The position numbers and the translations under genes are program-made. From contig JAJZTL010000001.1 in NCBI GenBank assembly GCA_021848965.1, positions 1,910 to 65,909 of the forward strand: a stretch of 64,000 nt of DNA. The letters are read 5' to 3'. The first letter of the stretch is position 1. The number at the start of each line of letters is the position of its first letter. The notes under the pieces were generated by a model, which saw nothing but the letters and a program-made list of their open reading frames with translations, had not been told where the DNA came from and made no database searches. The DNA comes from Pseudomonadota bacterium. Lineage in GTDB: Bacteria; Pseudomonadota; Gammaproteobacteria; Legionellales; Legionellaceae. This document shows, one piece after another, positions 1 through 11,500 of the stretch.

Positions 1-334
1 GATTAACTAAAACTTGGAGTAATAAAGTTGACTTTCCGATGCCAGGATCGCCACCAATAAGCACAACAGAGCCCGCAACTAATCCACCACCCAACACGCG
101 GTTGAATTCTGCCATTCCTGTATCCATTCGCATGCCTTCAACGAGAGGAACATGCGAGAGACGAGTGACTGCGCTGGCAGCTTCTCCCGCATATCCTTGC
201 CGACGAGGAGGTTTTGCAGCAAGCTGTACTTCTTCTACTAGGCTATTCCAGACACCGCATTGATTACATTGACCAGCCCACTGAGCAAAAACAGCACCAC
301 AATCAGAGCAGCTATATTGTGTTTTTTGTTTCAT
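1..334 (-). CDS. radA: DNA repair protein RadA/Sms, N-terminal part (gene runs off window start)
   Basis: Absent from the ORF track because it is truncated by the window. Minus-strand translation from ATG (334-332) reads MKQKTQYSCSDCGAVFAQWAGQCNQCGVWNSL...VLIGGDPGIGKSTLLLQ. This shows a CxxC-x10-CxxC zinc finger and a Walker A GDPGIGKST, typical of RadA. Confidence 0.85.
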   Translation of the reverse strand, partial: MKQKTQYSCSDCGAVFAQWAGQCNQCGVWNSLVEEVQLAAKPPRRQGYAGEAASAVTRLSHVPLVEGMRMDTGMAEFNRVLGGGLVAGSVVLIGGDPGIGKSTLLLQVLVN

Positions 335-485
335 TTTGAATGTACTCTTCGCTCTTCAATTTTCAGTTTCGTTGCAAGCTGCATCGACTTCAGTCATGTA
401 CTACTCGTACACTCCTTCGCCTGCTTCGCTTGCGCCTCACCGAAAAATAAATTGCTGTGAGTATATATTATTCGTTTCTACGGTA

Positions 486-944
486 TTAGTTTACAATCTG
501 CCATGTACCATTAGACTGCTTACAAGCAGTTCCCGTTACTGTCTCGGCTTTACCATCAATCGTTGCTGTGGTTGTATACTGACGGCAAACTTCATTATTT
601 TTAACATAAGTCTTTTGCGGAGTAACTGTATATGTATTCCCATTTTTACTGGTCCATGTTGTAGACTGGGAAGCAGCCAATGCTTGCTGTTGTTTCAATT
701 TATCCGTTTCATCCATCGATTGGCCAATTTTATTTCCAATATACGCGCCGATTACCGCACCTGCAGCTGCCGCAGCAACTTGGCCAGAACCTGAACCAAA
801 TTGGCTTCCAATTAAACCACCTATCACTCCCCCTGCCACAGTGCCAACGTCTTGGTTCTGCGTTGGAGAAGAACAACTTGCTACTGTCAAAGCACCACAT
901 ACTACTGCTGTTACGGCCAGTAATTTTCCTTTTTCTATCATCAT
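486..944 (-). CDS. Glycine-zipper outer-membrane lipoprotein (17-kDa surface-antigen-like)
   Basis: Signal peptide with lipobox LTVASC. Gly-zipper GGVIGGLIGSQFGSGSG...AGAVIGAYIG. C-terminal small beta-rich domain. Confidence 0.7.
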   Translation of the reverse strand: MMIEKGKLLAVTAVVCGALTVASCSSPTQNQDVGTVAGGVIGGLIGSQFGSGSGQVAAAAAGAVIGAYIGNKIGQSMDETDKLKQQQALAASQSTTWTSKNGNTYTVTPQKTYVKNNEVCRQYTTTATIDGKAETVTGTACKQSNGTWQIVN

Positions 945-955
945 AATATAATTCT

Positions 956-1192
956 CTAATTCTCCATAGATTTACCAATTTCACTTCCAAGTAAAGCACC
1001 GCCAACAGCACCTATACCTGTAGCCACAACTTTTCCAGAGCCACCGCCAAACAAGCTTCCAATTGCAGCCCCGGCGACACCACCTGTAACCAATCCAACT
1101 TGTTGTTTAGTTGGTGGCGTTGAACAACTCGTCATAAATAAAGCCACAACACCCGCTGCAATAAAAATGCGACTCTTTTTTAACATCTTCAT
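956..1192 (-). CDS. Small glycine-zipper lipoprotein
   Basis: Preferred start is MKMLKK (ATG 1192-1190), preceded by a GGAGG Shine-Dalgarno. Lipobox FMTSCS. Gly-zipper GGVAGAAIGSLFGGGSG. The track ORF extends to 1240. Confidence 0.65.
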   Translation of the reverse strand: MKMLKKSRIFIAAGVVALFMTSCSTPPTKQQVGLVTGGVAGAAIGSLFGGGSGKVVATGIGAVGGALLGSEIGKSMEN

Positions 1193-1251
1193 AGGAATGC
1201 CTCCAGTTGTTAACCATATGGTTAAGGCAATATAGCACAAGAGTATTTTTT

Positions 1252-2334
1252 TTAAAACCCGCGCCCGCGCACTTGTGTCAAAACCTCATATGGGCTAGTA
1301 CCAGCGAAACGTGCAACTTGCTCCACAGGCAAATGAGTTCCCCATAACTCAACACAATCTCCTGCTTGTATTTGAGCGTCTTCCGAAACATCAATTCCTA
1401 GCATATCCATAGAAACACGTCCAACGACAGGAAAATAACGATTATTTATCCAAACCACCGCCTCAGATGAAATATGCCGCGGATATCCATCTCCATATCC
1501 AACAGACACTGTAGCAATGCGAGAAATTTTTGAGGCACGCCAAGTAGCGCCATATCCCACAGACTCTCCAGCTTGACATATTTTGATCGTCATAATATGT
1601 GATTGTAAACACATCACCGGTTTTAATCCTAAATCTTTTCCAATCTTATTGTCAAAAGGCGATATTCCATAAAGCATAATACCGGGACGAATGTATCCGT
1701 GACGCGTTTCTGGCCAAGCAATAATGCCTGCAGAATTAGCCAAACTCCATTTTTGAGAAGGCAAAGAAGCAACACTCAACTTAAACTGTTGTAATTGTTT
1801 TTCTGTCATAAAATTGCTTTCATCATCTGCGCAAGCAAAATGGGTCATTAATCCTATAGGTTGATTGATGTGCGGGCAAATACTTAATTTTTCGTAAGCT
1901 TTTAATACATCCTCAGGAACAAAACCTAATCGATGCATGCCTGTATCTATTTTCAACCAAACACAAATTTTTCGTGGTACTTGATTAAAACTCGGCTTAA
2001 AACTCAAAAGTGACTCAATCTGCCAAAAAGAATGTATCACCACTTCAAAATTACCCTCAAAAACATCTTTCCATTCTTCAGGAGAAAAAACGCCACCCGC
2101 TAATAAAATTGGCTTTGCGGGCATAAGGGCACGAAGAGCTTGCGCCTCTTCTAAACAAGCCACTCCAAACATATCCACTTCAGGAGCAAGCACCTGAGTA
2201 ACTCTATTCATACCATGACCATAAGCATTAGCTTTCACCATAGCGATAATAGGTGATTCAGGAGTATAATTTTTAACGCATTGAATATTGTGCAACAGTG
2301 CGCTTTCATCAATGACAATATTTGTTCTAGTCAT
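1252..2334 (-). CDS. alr: Alanine racemase
   Basis: PLP-lysine motif VKANAYGHG and full-length similarity pattern (GVACLEEA, ANSAG, SMD). The start is uncertain: 2334, 2349 or 2364 (track maximum). Confidence 0.9.
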   Translation of the reverse strand: MTRTNIVIDESALLHNIQCVKNYTPESPIIAMVKANAYGHGMNRVTQVLAPEVDMFGVACLEEAQALRALMPAKPILLAGGVFSPEEWKDVFEGNFEVVIHSFWQIESLLSFKPSFNQVPRKICVWLKIDTGMHRLGFVPEDVLKAYEKLSICPHINQPIGLMTHFACADDESNFMTEKQLQQFKLSVASLPSQKWSLANSAGIIAWPETRHGYIRPGIMLYGISPFDNKIGKDLGLKPVMCLQSHIMTIKICQAGESVGYGATWRASKISRIATVSVGYGDGYPRHISSEAVVWINNRYFPVVGRVSMDMLGIDVSEDAQIQAGDCVELWGTHLPVEQVARFAGTSPYEVLTQVRGRGF

Positions 2335-2341
2335 GGGTGTT

Positions 2342-3751
2342 CTACTCATAGCCCTGTGGTCCACTGAAGGCTAAATTCTCGAAGCGCGTATGTTGCGCCA
2401 AAAAGGCTAATTTGACTTTACCAATCGGGCCATTTCTGTGTTTGGCAATCAAAATTTCAGCGGTTCCTTTATCAAGACTTTCGGGATTATATACTTCATC
2501 CCGATAAATAAAAGCTATTAAATCCGCATCTTGCTCAATAGCTCCAGACTCACGTAAATCCGACATAATAGGACGCCTATCAGAACGTTGCTCTAAACTT
2601 CGGTTTAACTGTGATAATGCAACCACAGGAACATTTAATTCTCGCGCCAACTCTTTTAAGCTACGTGAAATTTCAGAAATTTCCGCCGTTCGATTATCGA
2701 CTTTAAATCCTGGCACACGCATCAATTGTAAATAATCGATAATAATTAAACCAATACCGCCTTGTTCTTTTGCCAAGCGACGTGCGCGTGCGCGTAACTC
2801 AAGCGGACTTAGCCCAGGTGTATCATCAATAAATAAAGGAGCCTCTGAAAGAATGTGTACTACAGACATAATTCTAGAAAAATCATCGTCATCTAGCTTG
2901 CCGGACCGAATATTGCCCAAATTCACTCGTCCAAGAGAGGCAATCATTCTCATTACCAAACCATCTGCAGGCATTTCCATAGAAAAAACTAATACCGGTT
3001 TTTTGCTTTGAATAGCCGAATATTCGGCTATGTTCATCACAAAAGTTGTTTTCCCCATAGAAGGACGACCTGCGACAATAATCAGATCAGAGCGTTGTAA
3101 CCCTGAAGTCATTTCATCAAAGTCTGAAAAGCCTGTTGCCACCCCCGTAATCATTCCAGCAGAACGATGTAAATGATCAATTTTATCTACCGCTGCTGCC
3201 AAAATATCCTTCAACATAACAGCCGTACCTTGTGATCCCGTTTGTTCAGCAATTGCAAAAACTTTTGATTCCGCCGTATTCAGCAGTTCTTTTAACTCTC
3301 GTCCCTGGGGATTAAATGCGGAATCCGCGATTTCATTGGAAATATTAATTAATTGGCGCAACACTGATTTTTCGCGCACAATATCAGCATACGAAGTCAT
3401 ATTAGCAACAGTCCGTACTTCATGTACCATTTCCCATAAATAGCTTTCACCACCCGCTGCATCTAATTTTCCAGCAGACTTTAAAGCATCAATAACGGTA
3501 ATCACATCAAACGGCTGGGAACGTCTCGCCAAATCACTCAACACACCAAATAAAATACGATGTTCTGGCCGATAGAAATCTTCTTCAAAAACACGGCCAG
3601 CGACTTTTTCCCAAGACTCATGATTCAGCATAACTCCACCTAAAATGGATTGTTCTGCTTCAACAAAATGAGGTGGCACTTTCAGCATGTCAATAGACGA
3701 TTGAGCATTAGTTTTTGATAATTTTGGTTTGGTGAATATTTTTTTTTCCAT
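2342..3751 (-). CDS. dnaB: Replicative DNA helicase DnaB
   Basis: PPHFVEAEQSILGG N-terminal motif, Walker A GRPSMGKTTF, IIDYLQLM and RELNVPVVALSQLNR motifs. Confidence 0.95.
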   Translation of the reverse strand: MEKKIFTKPKLSKTNAQSSIDMLKVPPHFVEAEQSILGGVMLNHESWEKVAGRVFEEDFYRPEHRILFGVLSDLARRSQPFDVITVIDALKSAGKLDAAGGESYLWEMVHEVRTVANMTSYADIVREKSVLRQLINISNEIADSAFNPQGRELKELLNTAESKVFAIAEQTGSQGTAVMLKDILAAAVDKIDHLHRSAGMITGVATGFSDFDEMTSGLQRSDLIIVAGRPSMGKTTFVMNIAEYSAIQSKKPVLVFSMEMPADGLVMRMIASLGRVNLGNIRSGKLDDDDFSRIMSVVHILSEAPLFIDDTPGLSPLELRARARRLAKEQGGIGLIIIDYLQLMRVPGFKVDNRTAEISEISRSLKELARELNVPVVALSQLNRSLEQRSDRRPIMSDLRESGAIEQDADLIAFIYRDEVYNPESLDKGTAEILIAKHRNGPIGKVKLAFLAQHTRFENLAFSGPQGYE

Positions 3752-3921
3752 TATCTTTCCATTTTTTACCCGTTTTACTTTGAAGATAATTTTATACTGA
3801 AAACACCTTGAACGCCAAGAAAATTAAAGATATAAATTTTTTTATCTTAGTCTATTTGCTTCTAAATAAAACTATGATAATAATTGTTCTTCCAATTAAA
3901 TTAACTGAAGGTATCATTATT

Positions 3922-4260
3922 ATGGCGGAAAAGAAAAAAGCTGCGATTAAAGAAACTCAAACGCAAACACAAATTATTGGGCATATTGCAGAACAAGTTT
4001 CTCTCACAAGAAAGCAAGTAGGAACTATTTTTCAGGCTGTCGCAGAACTAGCAAGCCGACATATTTCCAAAAATGGTTCTGGCGAATTTAAGATTCCTCA
4101 TTTGGGCATTAAAATTATGAGAAAAACAAAGCCTGCAACCAAAAAGCGTAAAGGCATCAATCCAGCCACAGGAGCCGCCATCGAAATTGCAGCAAAACCT
4201 AAGCGTGATGTGGTTAAACTGGTTGCATTAAAAGCATTAAAAGACGTTTTAGAAAAGTAG
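3922..4260 (+). CDS. HU-family histone-like DNA-binding protein with Lys-rich arm
   Basis: The internal ATG at 3922 gives a 112-aa protein. HU fold signature: ...LTRKQVGTIFQAV...GEFKIPHLGIKIMRKTKP..GINPATGAAIEIAAKP. The track ORF 3808.. has an implausible hydrophobic leader. Confidence 0.85.
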   Translation: MAEKKKAAIKETQTQTQIIGHIAEQVSLTRKQVGTIFQAVAELASRHISKNGSGEFKIPHLGIKIMRKTKPATKKRKGINPATGAAIEIAAKPKRDVVKLVALKALKDVLEK

Positions 4261-4280
4261 TTTTATTTTTATCAAAAAAA

Positions 4281-4321
4281 TCTCCCCTGCCCCCCCTTTG
4301 TTAAAGGGGGGCAGGGGGGAT
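4281..4321 (+). terminator. G/C-rich palindromic element acting as probable intrinsic terminator of the HU gene
   Basis: TCTCCCCTGCCCCCCCTTT-GTT-AAAGGGGGGCAGGGGGGA followed by TTTT, 20 nt after the stop codon. Same family as 10108-10150. Confidence 0.6.
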
Positions 4322-4337
4322 TTTACATCTCATCATC

Positions 4338-5462
4338 ATGAACATCATTAATCTCACGAAACAGCTCATTCAATTTCCGTCTATCACGCCAGATGATGCA
4401 GGCTGCCAAGAGTTTATCGCTCAAATTTTAACCAAAATTGGATTTTCTATACAGCATTGGCCATGCAATAAAGTAAAAAATTTATGGGCAAGATACGGTT
4501 CTGAAGAACCACTATTTGTATTTGCAGGACATACCGACGTTGTTCCCACAGGTGATTTATCCTCGTGGGCATCACCGCCTTTTGAACCGGCAATCCGAGA
4601 TAATTTTCTTTTTGGACGTGGTGCTTGTGATATGAAGGGCGGATTAGCAGCCATGCTGGTTGCAACCAAAGCTTTTTTACAAAAAAAACCTAACCTCAAA
4701 GGCAGCATTGGTTTTCTCATTACCAGTGCAGAAGAAGGCGATGACTTTGCTGATGGCACGCCCTATGTCATGCAAAAGCTAAAAGATTTAAATCAACTAC
4801 CGCGTTACTGCATCGTCGGAGAACCTTCTTCGGAGAAAAATTTAGGTGATACGATAAAAATTGGACGACGAGGTTCTTTAACAGGCCATCTAAAAATTTT
4901 AGGCAAACAAGGACATGTAGCCTATCCGCAATATGCTGACAATCCGATTCATCGCTCCACTGCTTTTCTTCATGAATTAGCTCATACCGAATGGGATAAA
5001 GGCAATGAGTTTTTCCCGCCCACCAGCTTACAAATCACTCAAATTTTAGCGAACTCTGGCGGCAACAACGTCATTCCAGGAGAATTAAAAATCGTTTTCA
5101 ATTTTCGCTATTCACCTGTATTAACTCACGAACAATTAGAAAAATCTGTTGAAAGTCTTTTAAAAAAACATGCTCTTACTTATGAGCTAACATGGAATCT
5201 CAGTGGTCAACCTTTTTTAACCCACCAAGGGCCTTTGCTCGAAGCAGCTAAACATGTTATTCAGCAAGTCTGCCAATTAAATCCTATTTTATCCACCAGT
5301 GGCGGAACCTCTGACGGTCGCTTTATTGCCCCTTATGGTGTCGATGTCATCGAGCTTGGTTTAATCAATAAAACCATTCATCAAATCAATGAATCTACTT
5401 CCATTGAATCATTACAGCAATTATGCATTGTGTATGAAAAATTGCTAGAAGCATTGATTTAA
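4338..5462 (+). CDS. dapE: Succinyl-diaminopimelate desuccinylase
   Basis: M20 peptidase motifs GHTDVVP, RGACDMKG, SAEEG, and typical DapE length of 374 aa. Confidence 0.9.
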   Translation: MNIINLTKQLIQFPSITPDDAGCQEFIAQILTKIGFSIQHWPCNKVKNLWARYGSEEPLFVFAGHTDVVPTGDLSSWASPPFEPAIRDNFLFGRGACDMKGGLAAMLVATKAFLQKKPNLKGSIGFLITSAEEGDDFADGTPYVMQKLKDLNQLPRYCIVGEPSSEKNLGDTIKIGRRGSLTGHLKILGKQGHVAYPQYADNPIHRSTAFLHELAHTEWDKGNEFFPPTSLQITQILANSGGNNVIPGELKIVFNFRYSPVLTHEQLEKSVESLLKKHALTYELTWNLSGQPFLTHQGPLLEAAKHVIQQVCQLNPILSTSGGTSDGRFIAPYGVDVIELGLINKTIHQINESTSIESLQQLCIVYEKLLEALI

Positions 5463-5539
5463 TTAGCCTGAGATTGCTATAGCAAAGTTATTTTGATAGC
5501 ATCATTAAAATATAATTAATTTTGTACCCAAGGTCTACT

Positions 5540-8500
5540 ATGAGCTCTTTTTCATCTAACCTACCTTTATCCTCAGCACAAAAACGAATTTGGTTTGAAA
5601 GTCTAAACACAAAATCATTACAGAATCATGTGATGTTAGCCTACGAACTAAAAGGCCATTTATCTATTCCAGCTTTACAGCAATCATTGATGCAATTGGT
5701 TACAGAAAACGACATTTTTCGAACAACTATATTTAGTGCTGGAAAAAATTTAGAACGCATCGTACACGAACATATGAGCGTTGATTTAAAATGCCTGCCT
5801 GTTGACCCGGATAATGAGCTCTATCCAACGATACAACATTTAATGGAAAAACCATTTAATGTATCAACAGGACCTTTATTCCGTTTTGCTCTATTACAAA
5901 GATCAGAAGACAGCTTTATTTTTTTGTTAATATTTCACCCATTGATTATCAATACATGTGAAATGAAAAAAGTCATACGAGAAATTTCTCATCATTATGA
6001 AAAATTTTTACAGGGACAAACTGTCATTATTGAAGAAAAGCTATCTTACAGTGAATTAGTGACGTATGAAAAACATTATCGAACACAAAGCCTTTATCGA
6101 GATACTATACGCCATTGGAGCAATCGCATAAAGGATAAACAATATCATCTTGATTTAACAAAACTACCCGAAACAGAAGAAATCGCCTCTCAAGTTCGAG
6201 CAAAACGTCTGACTTTAGGAACAACATTTCATACCAAACTGCAATTATTTTGTGAGCAATTTTCTTGCACACCTGAGCATGTTTTTTTATCCACATTGCA
6301 AGCATTGTTATACCGATATAGCGACACACAGGATATTGTGATTAACCGTGCGGAAGAAATTATTTACCAAGAAAATTGGAAAGATTTAATAGGACCAATG
6401 GAAAACATTCTGCCTTGGAATGTTCGTATTACCGAAACAATGACTTTTATCGAATTGTTAAAACAAAACCAGCAATATGATCTTTTTCAAAAATATTACC
6501 CACATGCGCATACGGCAGATGTTGTACGTGCAGTACGAACACGTTTTAACCATCATTTTGATGGCTTCTTTTCCAATGTGTCATTTGAAAAAGAGACCAT
6601 ACCTTATCACGAATTAGTCTTATCCAATGTGTCAGTTAAAGTATTGCCACAGTATATTTCACGTACTCGACAAGATGACTTACAAGTCTTTTATGATGAA
6701 CATAACGGTTGCTTTTATCTTTCTTTTGATTATGCACCCACGCTCTCTGCTCGCTCGGTACAAAATTTTGTTACACATTATGAACTTTTATTAGAAGAAT
6801 TATTAAAAGATCCTAATCAACTACTTTCGAGGGTAAAATTTTTGCCATTTAGCGAGGAAAAACCTGCAGCGAGTTTTATCCCCACCCGCACTATTATTGA
6901 AGATTTTGAACAGGCCGTTGAACAATATCCTCAACATATCGCTCTTATCGACGAAAATACTTCTCTCACTTATACCCAGCTCAACCAAGCGGCCAATCAA
7001 TTAGCCCACTATCTCCAAGCAAAAAAAGTAAAACCCAATGATTACATCGGATTATCCATCGGGCGCCATGTCAATATGGTAGTAGCCATATTCGGTATTC
7101 TCAAGGCAGGGGCTGCCTATGTACCTCTTGACCCCAGCTATCCCAAAGAACGTTTAGATTTTATGAAACAAGACACCCAAATGACACTTGTTATCACCGA
7201 AGAAACGTTTCAAGACATTCAACTTTCGTCTTTTTCCACCCAAAATCTAATCACCAAACCTCAATTAGACGACTTAGCTTATGTGATTTATACCTCCGGC
7301 TCCACCGGCAAACCCAAAGGCGTACTCGTCCCCCATCGCGGACTACCCAACTTAGCGCATTACCAAAATCAACTTTTCTCTATTCACCCCACAACGCGTT
7401 GTTTGCAAACAGGCTCTATTAATTTTGACATTTCCGCACTAGAAATCTATGGTCCATTAATTGCTGGCGCCACTTTATATATTGCCACACATGAACAACG
7501 TACCACACCGTTACAATTACAAGAATACATTATTCAACACCACATTCAAGTTCTTGCCATCACACCTTCCGTATTGTCTCATTTTACATGGAAAGACATG
7601 CCCGAACTATTAACGATCGCAGCTTGTGGCGAAGCTTGTGACCAAAAGCTCATGGACTTCTGGGCACATAACAGAACGTTTATCAATGGCTACGGACCTA
7701 CTGAAATTACTATTATTTCTCATTTTAAAAAATACGACACCCATACATTATTTAACAATTTAGGCCAAACAATTCCTCATGTATACGCTTTTATTTTAGA
7801 CACCCATAAAAATCTTCTTCCCGACGGTGTCCCCGGAGAAATGTTTATCGGTGGCATCGGCGTTACCAAAGGTTATCTCAATCTTTCGGAACAAACCCAA
7901 GAAAAATTTATCCCGAGCCCTTTTCATCCCGATGAGACACTTTATCGCACTAATGATCTTGCTTATCGTTTAGAAAATGGTGATTTTATTTATATAGGCC
8001 GCAATGACACTCAAATCAAAATTCGTGGATTACGTGTAGAACTCGGTGAAATTGAGGAAAAAATCAAAACGTATCCAGCTATTGAACGTGTATTAGTACG
8101 TGTTCTTTCACATGAAACCATTGGAAAAGTCTTAGTTGCCTATTTTATTCAGGATATGTTTAAAAAACCGATTGAAGAAAATACATTGCGTCATTATTTA
8201 AAAGCTCTTTTACCCGAACACATGCTACCGTCTTATTTCATCCGCGTACCCCATTTCCCAATGATGCGTAATGGTAAAATTGATTATCAAGCACTACCTA
8301 ATCCTTTTATCACCTCTGAATATTTTGACCATGAACAGTGTAGTAAGATTGAACAGGTGCTGATTCAAATTTTTGCAGAATTATTTCATCTGGACGAAAA
8401 AGCACTTTCACTGGATCACGATTTTTTTGCGTTGGGCGGTCACTCTCTATTGGCGACGCAACTGATTTCACGAACTAAACAACAATTAAAATTATTATTG

Positions 8501-11500
8501 CCCGTCGCAAAAGTATTTGAATTGCGGACAATTAAGAAGCTAGCCGAATATTTATCAACTTTGAATAATCAAGCAACGGAAGATTTTCCTTTACTGCATA
8601 AGCCTAGCAATGAAAAAGTTCCCCTATCTTTGGCACAGCAAGAGATGTGGTTTCTTTATCAGTGGGATAAATCATCTCCCGTATCTAATAATCCTTTTTT
8701 AATCGGTCTTAAACAAGTTAATGCTGATATTTTAATACGCGCACTGCATTATCTTATTCAGCAAAATTCTATTTTTCGTACGGTTTTTAAAGATTCTGAT
8801 CAAGAACTCCGTCAAATTGTTTTAGAGAAAGTGAAGGCAGATATTCCCTTTTATGAGTCTTTTGATGATTTTTCATCTAAATTAACACAGTGGGATCACA
8901 CACCCTTTGATTTAAGGCTATTTCCTTTATTTCGCTTTGCAGTTTCTTTACAAAATGACATAACCTATCTGTATTGTAATATTCATCATATTATTTTTGA
9001 CGGATGGTCCTTAAAAATATTGATGCAGCAATTAGGAAAAGTGTACGAAGCACTGGAACAAACATTGCCCCTTCCTATTCTCACCACATCTTATAACTTC
9101 GGCGATTTTGCGTATTCGGAGTCGCAATGGATAAAAGACAATAAGTTAGTCAAACAAAAAGAATTTTGGCAATCATTTTTACAAGGCGCTGAACCAACAC
9201 TCAATTTACCCACAGACTTTCCCTATCCTAAAACGCAAAACTATGCAGGAGATACAGTCGAAATAATCATTCCTAAGGCACTCACGGATAGCTTAAGAGC
9301 ACTTGCTTTAGAAAATAAAACAACATTATTTGCGGTTTTATTAACGGCTTATTTTATTCTGCTTTATCGTTATACTAAACAAACAGATATTATCGTAGGA
9401 ACCCCCATTGCTGGGCGCCGTTTACCTGAGCTTGAACCACTGATAGGTTTTTTTGCTCATATATCACTTTACCGCCAGCAGCTCTCCCCCAAAAAAATAT
9501 TTACAGAATTGCTTGGCACTGTGCACCAAAATGCGTGTGATGTGGCAGAAAATCAAGCGATTGCACCCAACCAAATCCTAGAAGCACTGGATATTTATGT
9601 TGATCCGAGCCAAAATTCTTTATTTCAAGTAATGTTTAGTTTACAAACAGGACATCAGCTGGAAGGCCATTTATCTGGTAAATCACATCATTATCATATT
9701 ACCGAACGCCACCAAAAAACGACAAAATTTGATGTTTACTTATTTTTGAATGAAATGTTTAATGGTGAACTAAAAGGTGTTGTAAAATATCGTACGGATT
9801 TATTTACCCAACTTAGCATGCAACATTTATGTACCCATTACCTCAATGTGCTGCAAGCCATTGTTGAAAATGCGAATGCTTCTATTGCAGATTTAACCTT
9901 TCTTTCTTATGAGGAATATCAATTATTGGTAAACACTTGGCCTTATGGGGAGAAACGTCCCTTACCTGAAAAAACAGTATTGGAAATGATAAAAGACGTT
10001 GTCCAGCAAGATCCTGAACTTCCCGCACTGGTCTTTCAAAAACAATCGTTAACCTATGCAGCGTTTTGGGAAAGGGTAGAAAATTTAGCCCGTGCTATTC
10101 AGAGAAATATCCCCCCTGCCCCCTCCTTTACAAAGGGGGAGCAGGGGGGAGGTTGTATTCAGACACCCATTATTGGCATTCTTATGCCTCGTGGTTTTGA
10201 TATGATTATTGCCATGTGCGCCATATGGAAAGCAGGCGGAGCTTATTTACCTTTAGATGCGGATTATCCTGAAGAACGTTCACGCTATATGCTGGATAAT
10301 TCAGGAGCAAAAATTATTATCAGTGTGTCGTTATTAGCAGAGAAACAAAAAGTGTATCTCGATAATGATATTACTTTTATACAAGCTGATCTTCCCCTCT
10401 CCCCAATGAAAGGGAAAGAAGAGATAACAGGCACGCTCTCTCCAAAAAGAGAGAATAAAATGAGTGATCTTGCCTACATTATCTACACCTCTGGCTCAAC
10501 AGGAAATCCCAAAGGCGTCATGTTGCAACATGGTGGGTTGAGTAATCTGGTGAAAGGATTACATGAAGCTTATTGTATGAAAAAAGGAATGAATGTGTTA
10601 CAACTGGTATCCATTAATTTTGATATTTCAGTCAGCGATATTTTTCCAGCATTATCCATTGGTGCCTGTCTTCATCTTGCAACGAATGAATTGAGAGTAT
10701 CTGCTGTAGATATACAAAATTATATTGTTACGCATGGTATACAACTCGTTGAGATTGTACCGGCCCTACTAGAAAGTTTTGAAAAGAAACCTTTGCCTTG
10801 TCTAGAAACTATTGCAACCGGAGGAGATTTTTGTGAGCCCAATGTAATGCGCTATTGGGGTAACCAATGCCGCTTAGTGAATATCTATGGTCCAACGGAA
10901 GTGACAGTAATTTCCTCCTCAAAATGCTATGTTGAAGGCGAATCTTTTCATAATATTGGACGTCCCTTACCGAATACTGAAACCTATATTCTTGATGAAG
11001 ATTTTTATCCTGTTCCTACAGGTGTAATTGGCGAAATGTTTATTGGTGGGCAAGGAGTGGCTCGAGGCTATTTGAATCGTGAAGCATTAACACTCGAACG
11101 TTTTGTTGTGCACCCATTTTCTGATGATCCTAACGCACGTTTGTACCGTACAGGAGATTATGCGCGATGGTTACCAAATGGTGATATTGAAATTGTAGGA
11201 CGCATTGATAATCAGGTTAAAATTCGAGGTTATCGTATTGAAATAGGCGAAATAGAAACCTTATTAAATGCCTATCCAGGTATTAAACAAGTTGCCGTCA
11301 TTACACAAAAATCGCAACAATTGTTATTAGCTTATTTTTCTGTAACCGAAGAAGTTGATATCCAGGAGAATGCATTATATCGTTATTTATCCGCAAAGCT
11401 TCCTGAATATATGATTCCCTCCAGTTTTATTAAACTCGATACACTACCACTAAATTTAAGCGGGAAAGTTGATCGTAAAACCTTGCAAGCCAAAGAATTT

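Noticed and set aside
39-460. Track ORFs 39..263 and 260..460 on the plus strand
   Set aside because: 39..263 is antisense to a clearly recognisable radA N-terminus. 260..460 spans the radA start and promoter region. Neither has a motif or an RBS.
336-1011. Track ORFs 336..794(+), 680..946(+), 730..1011(-)
   Set aside because: These are shadow frames of the Gly/Ala-rich lipoprotein genes. Their translations are low-complexity Cys/Leu/Arg-rich nonsense.
3739-3747. Homopolymer runs as phase-variation tracts: A9 in the first codons of dnaB, and A8 near 55570 in the CaaX-protein gene
   Set aside because: dnaB is essential and the tract simply encodes Lys-Lys. AT-rich genomes carry many such runs, and there is no evidence of frameshifted alleles here.
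4421-4759. Antisense ORFs inside dapE, with similar antisense ORFs inside the NRPS, comM, nadA, RND, sucB, sucC and the giant gene
   Set aside because: All are fully nested in strongly supported genes on the opposite strand or in another frame. None has a recognisable domain.
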